From NCBI GenBank assembly GCA_963718895.1, contig CAVRAG010000008.1, positions 416,001 to 480,000 of the forward strand: a stretch of DNA of 64,000 nt, given 5' to 3'. Shown one piece after another: positions 52,567 through 61,888 of the stretch. The stretch comes from an uncultured Nitrososphaerota archaeon (GTDB taxonomy: Archaea; Thermoproteota; Nitrososphaeria; Nitrososphaerales; Gagatemarchaeaceae). Numbering within the stretch: position 1 is the stretch's first letter; each line of letters begins with the position of its first letter. The notes under the pieces are model-generated. The model saw only the letters and a list, made by a program, of their open reading frames with translations, was not told the origin of the DNA and ran no database searches. The translations under genes and the position numbers were made by a program.

Positions 52567-53316
52567 TCAACTGTCCAGCGCTAAAGTGTGCGAGTGTTCT
52601 CTGAAGATTTCGATAAAACGCGGTATCAGTTCCGAGTTTCTTTCAATTGAGATAAGATACCGCGGGAGCCGCGATTCCTTGCCCTCCGTCGACGTACGCT
52701 CCATCATGAATGGCTCACCCCACACTGATAGAAGGCCCTCTTTGGATCTATCACCATTTGTGATTAACCCGAATGAGATATTTCCCAAGTCTTCTGCAAA
52801 GATAGGCTCCCCTAACTTCTCGCGCCCAGCATGATTCTCTAATTTTGGGGTGACAAACTTTTGCCAAAGGATTTTCTCAGAATTCCTCAGTACTATTCTG
52901 ATTCGAGTAGTTTTCGGATTAGATAATACGTCGCCCATGAAAGCATCAAAGAGAGTTTGAGATCTGAACATATCCACGCAAATGTTAAACCACCATAGTT
53001 CCCCCACGTTCTTTGCTGTGAATTGGCTGGTGAATGCAACGAGCTGATTTGAGGGGACTAACTTCAAGTCTGAGCTACCTACCGATACTTTGATAGCGCG
53101 AATGTCGTCGATCATCCCCAGTAGCGCTTCATGCTCCTTTCGTGCCTTTGCACCTTCAGCCGAACTTTCGAGCGCGAACACAGCAACTATCAGGAGCGTG
53201 AGTGAAATTATTTCCTGAATAGAAAGAACGCCTAGAGTTTCGAGAACTATGCCTACGACTGCAGCTATGACGAGAGCAATCCTATGCCATTCCAGATCCA
53301 TTCCGAGTCCTCTCAT
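52567..53316 (-). CDS. Two-TM membrane protein with a soluble C-terminal domain (low GC)
   Basis: Two N-terminal TMs then an alpha/beta domain; 249 aa. Confidence 0.7.
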   Translation of the reverse strand: MRGLGMDLEWHRIALVIAAVVGIVLETLGVLSIQEIISLTLLIVAVFALESSAEGAKARKEHEALLGMIDDIRAIKVSVGSSDLKLVPSNQLVAFTSQFTAKNVGELWWFNICVDMFRSQTLFDAFMGDVLSNPKTTRIRIVLRNSEKILWQKFVTPKLENHAGREKLGEPIFAEDLGNISFGLITNGDRSKEGLLSVWGEPFMMERTSTEGKESRLPRYLISIERNSELIPRFIEIFREHSHTLALDS

Positions 53317-53677
53317 CCGAATCCTTCGATAGTCGATTCTTGTGAGATATGTAAAACTACCGAAAGGTGTCTTCGATTTGCCTTGGGATCCACTGCATTC
53401 TAATTGGTTTTGAAATCCAAGAGATCGATTGTCATCAGATGCCTAGGATTTAGGTTCCTTCCCCCTCTGGTACTTCTTGTTAACTAGTTCAGGTGGGAAT
53501 TCTCTTTTAGCGTTTCGGTTCAGACCCATGGATAGCCTTGACAGGTAAGACAATGTAGAGATACTCCAACGCCTTGTCTACTTCCACTCCACCGCGGCGC
53601 TGTTTGACGTCATGATGAGGAATCCCCAAACGATTTGGGCCAATTCTTAAACGCACTATCAGAAACTAGGACAAGTA

Positions 53678-54172
53678 ATGAACTTGACCGAACTTCTGGA
53701 GGCGGAACATGCTTCTTTGCGCGTGTATTTCAGGCATCTTCGTTATCTGAATTCTGACTTTCTCTTTGAACTCGACGATTTCGTCACTAATTGCCATGCG
53801 AAAATCGAAGACGAAGTGGTCTTTCCGGAAATGAGGATGGCCCATGGGACCGAGGATAAGAATATTGAGAACATCACAAAGAGAATGGAAGAGGAGCACA
53901 AACTGCTTCAGATGCTCGGGAATAATCTGCGAACAATCGTCGCGGAAGGAAATGAGGAGCTTGACAAGAACAAGGTGCTGCTCTACGCGGATACCCTGGA
54001 ATCGCACAACTCAAGCGAAGAAACGCTTCTCTTCCCAAGTTGGGATAAGGTCAGTATTGAGAAGGAAAGTGAAGCGGCTTCTCGGGCTAGGGGAATCATC
54101 GACGGTTACGGGTTTGAACGTTATCTCAGGGTGACGGGGTTTTCACAGGAGTTCATGAACTTGCTGGAGTGA
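53678..54172 (+). CDS. Hemerythrin-domain protein
   Basis: EH...HAKIED..FP...EEH...HNSSEE.LFP. Confidence 0.88.
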   Translation: MNLTELLEAEHASLRVYFRHLRYLNSDFLFELDDFVTNCHAKIEDEVVFPEMRMAHGTEDKNIENITKRMEEEHKLLQMLGNNLRTIVAEGNEELDKNKVLLYADTLESHNSSEETLLFPSWDKVSIEKESEAASRARGIIDGYGFERYLRVTGFSQEFMNLLE

Positions 54173-54749
54173 CGTTCATTCGGAGATACCGCGTGGCTTG
54201 AGGACCCACGTCAGGCGGGCTTCATGGCGCCGTCCGGGGGCGCCGCACAATTCTGCCTCTTCGAACGGGGCTGGTGCAGGGCGAGGAAGCTCCCGACCAT
54301 GTGCGAGGCTCCTTTCATCGCGACAATCGGCGACAACACATCGACAGACGTCCAGCTCAAGACTCCCTACCTTCTCTTGGTGCCAAAGGCAGGCCGGGAG
54401 TGAAGAAACCAGGGACTTTGGCAACACCGCGCAAGCACTGCTGGCGCAACTCACCGGACCTTCGAAGGGCCAGTCCATAGAGGCGCCTAGGGTGGACGGA
54501 GTTGGCCCGGCGGAGCATCTCCTGCACGAACTCGTCTTTCTTTCCCCAATCCATCGAGGTCATCTGTGGCTGCTACGGCGTGGCTCGCTCCATACTTCAG
54601 GACACCCCCCGGGGCATTAACCCCGCCGAAGGTCGCTGCTTGTCAGCACCCATACGCGTGGGGCAAGATCTCATCGGCCCCACTCATTCTCGCGATTTCA
54701 GGCGTCTAATCCCAACGGCTAGAGAGAAGGAGGTCAGCCAGGGAAGGGG

Positions 54750-55352
54750 TCATAGCGCGTACCCTTTCTCTATCAGCAGGTCCCTGAATTCGTCCGATTC
54801 GGTGATGAATGGGTCAAGCGCAGCAAGAATGACTGCATAGACGAACTCCGTCGCCTCGTGGTTCCTCCTGCAAATCGGGCAGATCCTTTCCTCCCCCGCC
54901 TCGGGAAGATAGGAGCGGAGCTTGCTCCTCGACTTGAACTCTTCGAACAGGTCTGAGAGCTCCTTCAGCAACGGAGCCTTCAGCTTGTCCGTGAGGTCTT
55001 TCGTTATTCCCTCGTAGGCGAGGACGTTCATGAAAGGAACGTCTATCCTGTATTTTCCCCAAGTGGTCCTCTCGCACAGGTACCGCTTCTTCCTCTCCTT
55101 CGCTCGCCTCAGGTCACGAGGAAGGATAGAGACGAACTCTAAGCGCCGCAGTTCTTTGAGCGTAGAGTAGACCGCGGATGCTGGTAGTCTAAGCTTCTTC
55201 GCAATCTCGTCGGCCGAGGCACCCCCCGCGCCCGCGATTCTCACATAGTCGAGGATATTCCAGGTGCTCTCCTTCGAAAGGATATCGGCCTCCAGATAGG
55301 ACCGGACCGGGATGTGCGTGAGGTAGGTCTTCGAATTCTCTTTGGCTTCCAA
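54750..55352 (-). CDS. Winged-helix transcription regulator with a C-terminal CxxC-x3-H site
   Basis: ASADEIAKKLRLPASAVYSTLKEL HTH; CPICRRNH. Confidence 0.75.
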   Translation of the reverse strand: MEAKENSKTYLTHIPVRSYLEADILSKESTWNILDYVRIAGAGGASADEIAKKLRLPASAVYSTLKELRRLEFVSILPRDLRRAKERKKRYLCERTTWGKYRIDVPFMNVLAYEGITKDLTDKLKAPLLKELSDLFEEFKSRSKLRSYLPEAGEERICPICRRNHEATEFVYAVILAALDPFITESDEFRDLLIEKGYAL

Positions 55353-55455
55353 GTTGCTCAGAATCCTGAATTTCCAGTGATTTTAGTTTTTCGGAACCTA
55401 AGACGTATATCTGGTCGGCCCTGCAACTCGTTGTGTGATACTAGGGTGAGCGCAG

Positions 55456-55704
55456 TTGTCAATCGGCATTAGCACGCGTCAGGAAGCAGAGATTCTGGAC
55501 ATCTCGGGTCGGATCGTCAAGGATATCATGCTCGACAACCCGCTCGTCATTCCGGCCGAGGGGATGCTTTTCACTGCGGCAGAGCTAATGGATCGAAGGA
55601 ACTGCAATGCACTCCTTGTGGAGGAGCAGGGAAGAATCGTTGGAGTAATCACGAGGAGAGATATTGAGAAGGCATACCTGAACTGGTTGAAATCCCACTT
55701 TTAA
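55456..55704 (+). CDS. Single CBS-domain protein
   Basis: VKDIM...AAELM...LLV...IVGVITRRDI. Confidence 0.8.
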   Translation: MSIGISTRQEAEILDISGRIVKDIMLDNPLVIPAEGMLFTAAELMDRRNCNALLVEEQGRIVGVITRRDIEKAYLNWLKSHF

Positions 55705-55983
55705 TGAGCAGTAGTAACCAATCTACACGCTCGGGCCGGGCAGGATTGAAATCCTGGTGTATTCAAGGCTCGTCCGATCTGAGCAGAGAAATCAATGGAT
55801 GGGATAAGAGGAGAACAAGTCCGTCTCGGCGAGGGCTTGGTTCCCCCTAGTCACATGGGGTTGAATCGGGGAAGTCGTTCGTGAGGATACGGTCCAAGGG
55901 CTGTGGGGGACGTCTGAGGCAGCCTTAACTTCCTCCATCAAGAAGGACGTGATGAAAAGAGGTACCGGATTGGAGGGACCAAC

Positions 55984-56571
55984 ATGACGTACAAGAACCA
56001 ACCGTCGGAGGCATCGACGAGCAGCACCGAGGTGAGAGCGATAAGAATCCCGAAGAGCATGGGGGAGATTCTAGAGACGGAAGCTCACGCTCGTGAAGTC
56101 AGCGTCAATGCACTGATAACAGAGATACTGAAGAAGTTTGTCGAGTTCGACAGGCACACAAACAGGTTCGAGTACATCTCAATCAGCCGCGAGGCCTTCG
56201 AGATTATCGTGGGCAAACTGGATGAGGAGAGCGCATTGAAGGCTGGAACCGAGGTAGGCGAAAGGATGCCGAAGGAGATAACCCAGTTCTGGTTCAAGAC
56301 ACTGAACCTCGAGACATTCCTATCGTTCCTCTCCAACTTCTCCAAGTACGCCAAACTCGCTCGGTACGACATCAAGGTCGACGGGAGGACGTATGTCATC
56401 TCGCTTTACCACGCGATGGGAATCAAATGGTCAATTTTCCTGCGCGGCTATTTCGAGAAATCGATTCCTGCAATCCTGGGCGTGCAAGGAAAGTTTGAGG
56501 TATCCCGCGATATGCTACTACTGAGATTCACGCTTCCTGAGGGCGTAAACCACTCAGTCCCGCGGTTCTGA
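55984..56571 (+). CDS. Ribbon-helix-helix regulator with a C-terminal sensor-like domain (thaumarchaeal family)
   Basis: RAIRIP...LETEA..REVSVNALITEILKKFVEFD; H.MG.KWS motif. Confidence 0.7.
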   Translation: MTYKNQPSEASTSSTEVRAIRIPKSMGEILETEAHAREVSVNALITEILKKFVEFDRHTNRFEYISISREAFEIIVGKLDEESALKAGTEVGERMPKEITQFWFKTLNLETFLSFLSNFSKYAKLARYDIKVDGRTYVISLYHAMGIKWSIFLRGYFEKSIPAILGVQGKFEVSRDMLLLRFTLPEGVNHSVPRF

Positions 56572-56597
56572 GCAATAGTGAGACCGCGCTGTCGTCC

Positions 56598-57164
56598 TCA
56601 GTCGCCCCCTATGTTGCCGTGTCCACACCATCCAAACTCGTCCTGTCTGTTGTCACAAACGGGACATAGCTCGTCTAGGAACTTGACGTCAGCAGCTCGC
56701 TTGCCGAACCTTGCGAGGTGCGCGTCCACCAAATCTTCCACGCTCATGCTCCACCTGAAGCTGCTCTCTCCCTTCTCGAGCCGAATCATCGTTCCGACCA
56801 GGTAGGCGGCCGATTCTGACTTGGCTAGCAGGGGGGCGAGCCTTTCCTTGTACCAAGGCTCCAGTCCGGTCATATCCCCGGGGTTTTTGATCTCTTCAAG
56901 CGATGCTGCAGCTGAGGCCATCTGAGTAGTGAGGAGGTCTGCCATTGGAGAGCTTGCAATTCTCACGTAACTGGCAATCGCTTCGCAGTTCTTCAGGGCC
57001 GCTTCGGCGAGCCTGAGTCTTGTCGCGACCCGAACCGGCGCATCTGTCCGGTACCCGAGACAGTACTCGTGGAACGCTATCCCAATCTCAGACTTGGACC
57101 TCAGGACATCCTGTTCGAGCTCCTCGATCTGACCAAGTCGGCCCAATGTGTTCTCTCGCCTCAT
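56598..57164 (-). CDS. Hypothetical protein with a C-terminal Zn-finger-like tail
   Basis: CPVCDNRQDEFGWCGH; start overlaps the ferredoxin stop. Confidence 0.65.
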   Translation of the reverse strand: MRRENTLGRLGQIEELEQDVLRSKSEIGIAFHEYCLGYRTDAPVRVATRLRLAEAALKNCEAIASYVRIASSPMADLLTTQMASAAASLEEIKNPGDMTGLEPWYKERLAPLLAKSESAAYLVGTMIRLEKGESSFRWSMSVEDLVDAHLARFGKRAADVKFLDELCPVCDNRQDEFGWCGHGNIGGD

Positions 57165-57586
57165 GGTTGAGTTATCTTAATGCAGCTTGTGGGACAACTC
57201 ACCTCACAAGCCATGCAGAAGATGCAATCAGTTTCCCGGACGGGGTCAGACTTGTCGCAGCGATAGGCGACCCATTCGGCACTCCCCTGCGATACCTCCT
57301 TGTTCTTTCCAGTGCCTGCCTGACCGGGGTTGAGAGCCCACTCAAAGACGAAGACCGGGCACACGTCCATGCACACGCCGTCGGCTATGCAGTTCTCCCA
57401 GTCGACGCCAACGGCGGTGCCATGGATTCCACCGTTCGTCGGATACGCCTTGCCGTCACCGTCGTCCCTATGCATCCCGCCTGCTCGTATCTTGTGACCG
57501 AAGTGCTCGCCGCTGATGGGATACGCATCGGGTTTCTGCAAGAAACCAGGGTCTATTGGGTGGGTCTTGTAGTCCAGAGAGACCAA
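57161..57586 (-). CDS. zfx: Zinc-containing dicluster (7Fe) ferredoxin
   Basis: GEHFGH...GIHG Zn ligands, CIADGVC...CP and CIFCMAC...CP; leaderless TTG 25 nt below the TATA box. Confidence 0.9.
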   Translation of the reverse strand: MVSLDYKTHPIDPGFLQKPDAYPISGEHFGHKIRAGGMHRDDGDGKAYPTNGGIHGTAVGVDWENCIADGVCMDVCPVFVFEWALNPGQAGTGKNKEVSQGSAEWVAYRCDKSDPVRETDCIFCMACEVSCPTSCIKITQP

Positions 57587-57624
57587 TACAAAATCATCGC
57601 GTGTTAGCGATGGTTTAACGTTGT

Positions 57625-57640
57625 GATTACGTATGTATAC
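57625..57640 (-). promoter_or_regulatory. TTAC-N4-GTAA site B (one mismatch)
   Basis: GATTACGTATGTATAC, 8 nt upstream of the minus-strand TTAAACCA. Confidence 0.6.
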
Positions 57641-57670
57641 AGGTGTCGAGTTCATCCGTAAATAGCACGG

Positions 57671-58036
57671 ATGAGAGGATTGGTCATCCTGATCAAGATA
57701 GATAAGACCGTCTACGACCCTCCAGACCCATCTGACGGTAAGAGGATTCTCGTCATGCGGCTCTGGCCCCGAGGCATCGCAAAGAAGAAGATAGACGTCT
57801 GGATGAAAGACCTCGGGACCCCAAAGGAGGTCATCACCAAGTGGAAGGGACGAAAGATTACTTGGAAAACCTTCTCGACTGAATACGAGAAGAGTCTGAA
57901 GGGGAAGGAGGCGATTCTAAAAGAGCTGGCTGACGAGTCGCGCAAGAGTACGATCACCCTCCTTTGCACAGAAAAGGATGCGACTACCTGCCATCGATCT
58001 CTTCTCAAGGCTGCGATAGAGAAGCAGCTGCGATAA
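57671..58036 (+). CDS. DUF488 (YeaO-like) protein
   Basis: DGKRILVMRLWPRG...W.KDLG and CHR motifs. Confidence 0.88.
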   Translation: MRGLVILIKIDKTVYDPPDPSDGKRILVMRLWPRGIAKKKIDVWMKDLGTPKEVITKWKGRKITWKTFSTEYEKSLKGKEAILKELADESRKSTITLLCTEKDATTCHRSLLKAAIEKQLR

Positions 58037-58058
58037 TGGTCGCCGCAAGGCCGCAATC

Positions 58059-58074
58059 AATTACAGGAGTAAAC
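58059..58074 (+). promoter_or_regulatory. TTAC-N4-GTAA site C
   Basis: AATTACAGGAGTAAAC, 8 nt upstream of AATATATC (58081); TTG start at 58113. Confidence 0.8.
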
Positions 58075-58112
58075 ATACTCAATATATCGAAAGGACCTGA
58101 CGTTGCACTGGA

Positions 58113-58562
58113 TTGGTCAAGCGGCGCTACATCGGCATCATAGAGGTTGCTGTTGTCGTGTTCGTCATCGGCTCATTCTTCGCGTTCGCTAATCAGGCTC
58201 AACCCTCAACTGTTCACACTTCGACCAGTGTGGGAGAGATAATCGAGCCTGTGGGCGCTGGTCAGCCCCCCTCTAACTGGAGCTCTTCGACTGGTCCAAT
58301 CTACGCAGACACATCGTACTCACCAGATACCGTAGTAGTCGTGATAGGAGTCAACAACACGATTACTTGGGTGAACCAGGACTCGGCCCCGCATACTGTC
58401 ACCTTCACGGTTGTCCCTTCGGGGGTGACGGCGACGATAGATTCTGGGGAAATGGTGCACGGGGCCGCCTTCACCTATACCTTCCAGGTTCCGGGGACCT
58501 ACCTGTACGGCTGCACATACCATCCCTGGATGGGCGGCAAGGTCATAGTGAAGAACGCGTGA
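58113..58562 (+). CDS. Membrane-anchored plastocyanin-like cupredoxin (canonical type 1 site)
   Basis: NQDSAPHTVT ... CTYHPWMGG. Confidence 0.9.
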   Translation: MVKRRYIGIIEVAVVVFVIGSFFAFANQAQPSTVHTSTSVGEIIEPVGAGQPPSNWSSSTGPIYADTSYSPDTVVVVIGVNNTITWVNQDSAPHTVTFTVVPSGVTATIDSGEMVHGAAFTYTFQVPGTYLYGCTYHPWMGGKVIVKNA

Positions 58563-58563
58563 G

Positions 58564-59601
58564 ATGTGTCAAAGACCCGTGCGCAGGCCAACCTTCCCAT
58601 CGCTTGTCAAATCGCCCGTGCTTCTAGGAATCGTCGTCTTCGCTTTCTCGATTGGATTCCCCCCGTTAGATGATCTCACGACAATCTACCTCACTCTTCA
58701 CATGCTCCAGCACACGGTGATTGTGGTCGCGGGAATCCTGATCGGGTACTACCTGTTCAGACGAGGGATCTTCTCCCGCCTTCGGGGGACGAGGGCACCC
58801 TCGATGGCTGTAGTCGGGATGGTCGCGCTCGTCATCTTCTGGCACCTTCCAATCTCCTGGGATGCCGCTATCCTCAATCCGGTCATTCACGCTCTCGAGC
58901 ACTTCTCATTTCTTCTGGTCGGCGTGCTGATCGGCTCGGTAGTTCTGATGGCCTCTGATCGCTCGAAGATTGGGCTCCTCATATTGGGTGCGGTCGGGCA
59001 GTTCGGTTACGGGTGGGCGCTCGTGTCCAATGTTCACGTCTATCCGCTGTATTCGCTATCTCAGCAGGCAGACTTGGGCGTGGCGATGCTGCTGGCCGGT
59101 CCCTTCTATTCAGCGGGAGCGCTGTACCTGGTTGCGAGGAACCAGGGATGGTTTGAGGAGAACCGACCAGGGTCCGTCACAAGGCTAGATGTCGCTCACT
59201 CATCAAAGCGGCGAGGGCTCGGCGTGGTAAGCGCTTCTCTGACCATTCTTCTGATAGCTACTCTGGTCGTTTACTACGGTGCCACCGCGACGGCCATAGG
59301 TTCCTCTCCTCGACAAGGATTGCCGGGCACATCCACCGTCTACATAGTCGAGACCCCACTTTCCTGGGGCTATTCCCCGCAAGACCTCAAGGTTGTGATA
59401 GGTGTTAACAATACGGTGACCTGGATCAGCCACTCGATCTCTTACGACACAATCACCAGCACAGGCGGTAACTTCTCCTCTGGACCCATAGCGCCGGGGC
59501 AGACGTTCACCTTCACGTTCTCAACACCAGGCGAGTACGGATACAAGTGCATCTACCACCCCTGGATGACGGGGGGAGTGGACGTTCTCGCCGGCCCTTA
59601 A
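58564..59601 (+). CDS. Caa3-type CtaG (DUF1404) copper-insertion factor fused to a cupredoxin
   Basis: HMLQH, FWHLP and HALEH motifs; C-terminal CIYHPWMTG. Confidence 0.8.
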   Translation: MCQRPVRRPTFPSLVKSPVLLGIVVFAFSIGFPPLDDLTTIYLTLHMLQHTVIVVAGILIGYYLFRRGIFSRLRGTRAPSMAVVGMVALVIFWHLPISWDAAILNPVIHALEHFSFLLVGVLIGSVVLMASDRSKIGLLILGAVGQFGYGWALVSNVHVYPLYSLSQQADLGVAMLLAGPFYSAGALYLVARNQGWFEENRPGSVTRLDVAHSSKRRGLGVVSASLTILLIATLVVYYGATATAIGSSPRQGLPGTSTVYIVETPLSWGYSPQDLKVVIGVNNTVTWISHSISYDTITSTGGNFSSGPIAPGQTFTFTFSTPGEYGYKCIYHPWMTGGVDVLAGP

Positions 59602-59650
59602 GGCGGTTTTTGCCTACCTTCACCTCGGAAATCCAGAGCCTGTGCCGACC

Positions 59651-61231
59651 CTAACCGTCATGAAGCTCGGATGTGGTCTTCGAACCTACTTGAGCAGCCG
59701 ACACAACTGGAACTTTCGGGCTTGTCGCTGGATCCACACTCAGCGACCCTCCCATCAACCCCTGGAAGGTGCCTCGCCATGCAGGCCCAAGCCCCGCCAA
59801 GATCTCTAACGCAAGCCAACCGGCCCCGATACCCAGGAGAACTATGAACGGGAACGAGACGAGAGAGTAGCCCTGCCACTGTGGGAGCCACGCGCTGTAT
59901 CGCCTCGGTATGCTCACAGCGCCGGCGACGAAGAAGCTGAGCACCATGCCCGTGCCTCCTACCACGTAAAACCACACTGCTATTCTGCTCATGCGGGACT
60001 CCACGATGCCCCCTATGTCCTTCACAAGGTAGTACAGGTAACCCAGCGTGAATATGGCGCTGCCCAGTATCATGTATGTGTGGAAATGAGCGGGCACCCA
60101 CATCGTGTTGTGCATTATCTGGTTGATGGGGATGACAGAATCCAGAATCCCGCCTATGCCTCCGAATGCCCAGCCCCAGAGGCCGACGAAGAGCATCAGC
60201 GCGGGGACGGTCCACTTGATTCCGGCGCGGTAGACCAGCGTGAGCCCGCCAAGGATGGTCACCAGCAGCGAAGGCAGGACCGAAAGGTCCGTGACGGCCT
60301 GGCCCAGCAGATTAGCCGCGGCGGGATTCACAAAAGCCTCGTAGGTGTGGTGCAGATATGCCCCGAGCACGAAGAACGTGATTAAGTTCCAGGCAAGGGC
60401 CGTGGGCCACGAAAGGTGCCATTTTCTGCCGACCAGCAAGGGAAGCACGGCGTAGACGACTCCCGCCGCCAGGTAGATCTGCAGGTTCACGTAATCGTGG
60501 GCGAACGAGTAGAGCAGGTTGTACATGGCCAGCGAGTTGAGCCCAACCACTAGGCCTCCAGCCTGAGCGTAGATAGCCAGCACGTAGATGGCTCCCTCGA
60601 GCGCACATGCTATCCCGATCACTGAGACCGTTGGTGCCACTATGTCAGCTGGTGTGACCTCAGGTTCGGGTTTCACCTTTCCGCCAGAACGGAGGAACCT
60701 CCAAGCCAGGAGGTTTCGGAGGCCTCCGAACTGCTTCCTGGCGGACGTGAGTATGTGGACCGAGTAGATCAGAAGGCCCACAGCGATAGCGGCGTAGCCC
60801 GCCAAGAAGGCCAGGGCAGACCAGAGCGTCCATGCACCTTGGGAGGAGAGTGGCAGCGGGTAAAGAACGGTGTATCCTGCAGCGAATCCTCCGAAGACGA
60901 CAGCGATTATCACGAAACCATCCCCGAGGGTGTAAATCAGGACTGCGCCCCAGAGCGTCCTCGCGCTGAGCTTGACTCTCTTGCTTGAGACGGCGGCGTA
61001 GGCGCCCATGCACAGGAGGAGGATTGAGCTTGTCATTCCTGCACCGTGTAGGGTCATGACCTGATAGTACAGCTCAGAGTTTAGCGTCAGTAGGCCGCCC
61101 TGGTCGAGCCGCATCACAACGCCGAGGAGCCCCATGAACAGGAAGACCAGGACGCTGACGACCATCGAGAATAGCGCCACCCTTACCACTGGCCCGTTCG
61201 ATCCATTCAGACTCTCGGGTTTTGCTTCCAA
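59651..61231 (-). CDS. Heme-copper oxidoreductase subunit I, sNOR-type (putative NO reductase)
   Basis: MTLHG (low-spin heme His), FAHDYVNLQIY (HxxxN), AYLHH, WVPAHFHTY and IPRRY; TTG start at 61231. Confidence 0.85.
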   Translation of the reverse strand: MEAKPESLNGSNGPVVRVALFSMVVSVLVFLFMGLLGVVMRLDQGGLLTLNSELYYQVMTLHGAGMTSSILLLCMGAYAAVSSKRVKLSARTLWGAVLIYTLGDGFVIIAVVFGGFAAGYTVLYPLPLSSQGAWTLWSALAFLAGYAAIAVGLLIYSVHILTSARKQFGGLRNLLAWRFLRSGGKVKPEPEVTPADIVAPTVSVIGIACALEGAIYVLAIYAQAGGLVVGLNSLAMYNLLYSFAHDYVNLQIYLAAGVVYAVLPLLVGRKWHLSWPTALAWNLITFFVLGAYLHHTYEAFVNPAAANLLGQAVTDLSVLPSLLVTILGGLTLVYRAGIKWTVPALMLFVGLWGWAFGGIGGILDSVIPINQIMHNTMWVPAHFHTYMILGSAIFTLGYLYYLVKDIGGIVESRMSRIAVWFYVVGGTGMVLSFFVAGAVSIPRRYSAWLPQWQGYSLVSFPFIVLLGIGAGWLALEILAGLGPAWRGTFQGLMGGSLSVDPATSPKVPVVSAAQVGSKTTSELHDG

Positions 61232-61242
61232 ATCAGATCGCC

Positions 61243-61788
61243 CTACTGTGTAACCGTGAACGTGGTGATCATGAACGCGTGCCCTATGCCGCAATAGTCG
61301 AGGCATCGTACCGTGTAGGTACCAGTTTGATTGAAGTTCATGATGAGCTGATTCGTATAACCGGGGAGCACCTCCACTTGGCCGATGAGCACACCCTGGG
61401 CGTTGTAGACTGCGAAGTCGTGAACCACATCTTTGGAGGTGACATTGAACTCCACCGAAGTGTTCGCAGGTACCTGCCTGGTGCTCATCGTCCAGGACCA
61501 CTGTTGCCCAATCACGTTCACAACCTGCGTGGGCGGGCCGAGGGCCTCCGCCCTTTGAGGGGGATAGGGGAGAGAGACAAGGGTGAATATGAAAACGATT
61601 GCTGTCAGCGATATCAGGACGACTAGGACGTATCGTCGGTACGAACCCACCTTCTTGTAAGTGTTGTCGAAGGAATCCGTGGGCTTCTTCGCGCTCACCG
61701 CTATCCAGATGCAGAGCCCGCTCCAGATGGCGGCCATCACGGTGAATACGAGCAAGACCTCGATTTGGGGGGTCACCACAAATGTCAC
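61243..61788 (-). CDS. Heme-copper oxidoreductase subunit II (CuA)
   Basis: Two TMs, GQQWSW, DVVHDF and CLDYCGIGHAFM. Confidence 0.9.
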   Translation of the reverse strand: MTFVVTPQIEVLLVFTVMAAIWSGLCIWIAVSAKKPTDSFDNTYKKVGSYRRYVLVVLISLTAIVFIFTLVSLPYPPQRAEALGPPTQVVNVIGQQWSWTMSTRQVPANTSVEFNVTSKDVVHDFAVYNAQGVLIGQVEVLPGYTNQLIMNFNQTGTYTVRCLDYCGIGHAFMITTFTVTQ

Positions 61789-61888
61789 TTCACTCCCTCC
61801 TGTCTTGGAACTTCAGTCGAAGACAAGTGTCGCGTCTCCGGCGCAGGCCATCAATAGCGATTTTGAGTGCTGCGCATATATTGAGAAC

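Noticed and set aside
54176-54700. Several overlapping short ORFs
   Set aside because: No recognisable motif or consistent frame; cannot support a gene.
55729-55783. Hairpin/tRNA-like CAGGAT-TGAA-ATCCTG segment
   Set aside because: No cloverleaf; single occurrence; function unsupported.
59651-61501. 616-aa ORF with a Cys/His-rich N-terminal extension; ordinary cytochrome c oxidase
   Set aside because: The extension overlaps subunit II in another frame (real start ~61231), and the catalytic Tyr needed for O2 reduction is absent.
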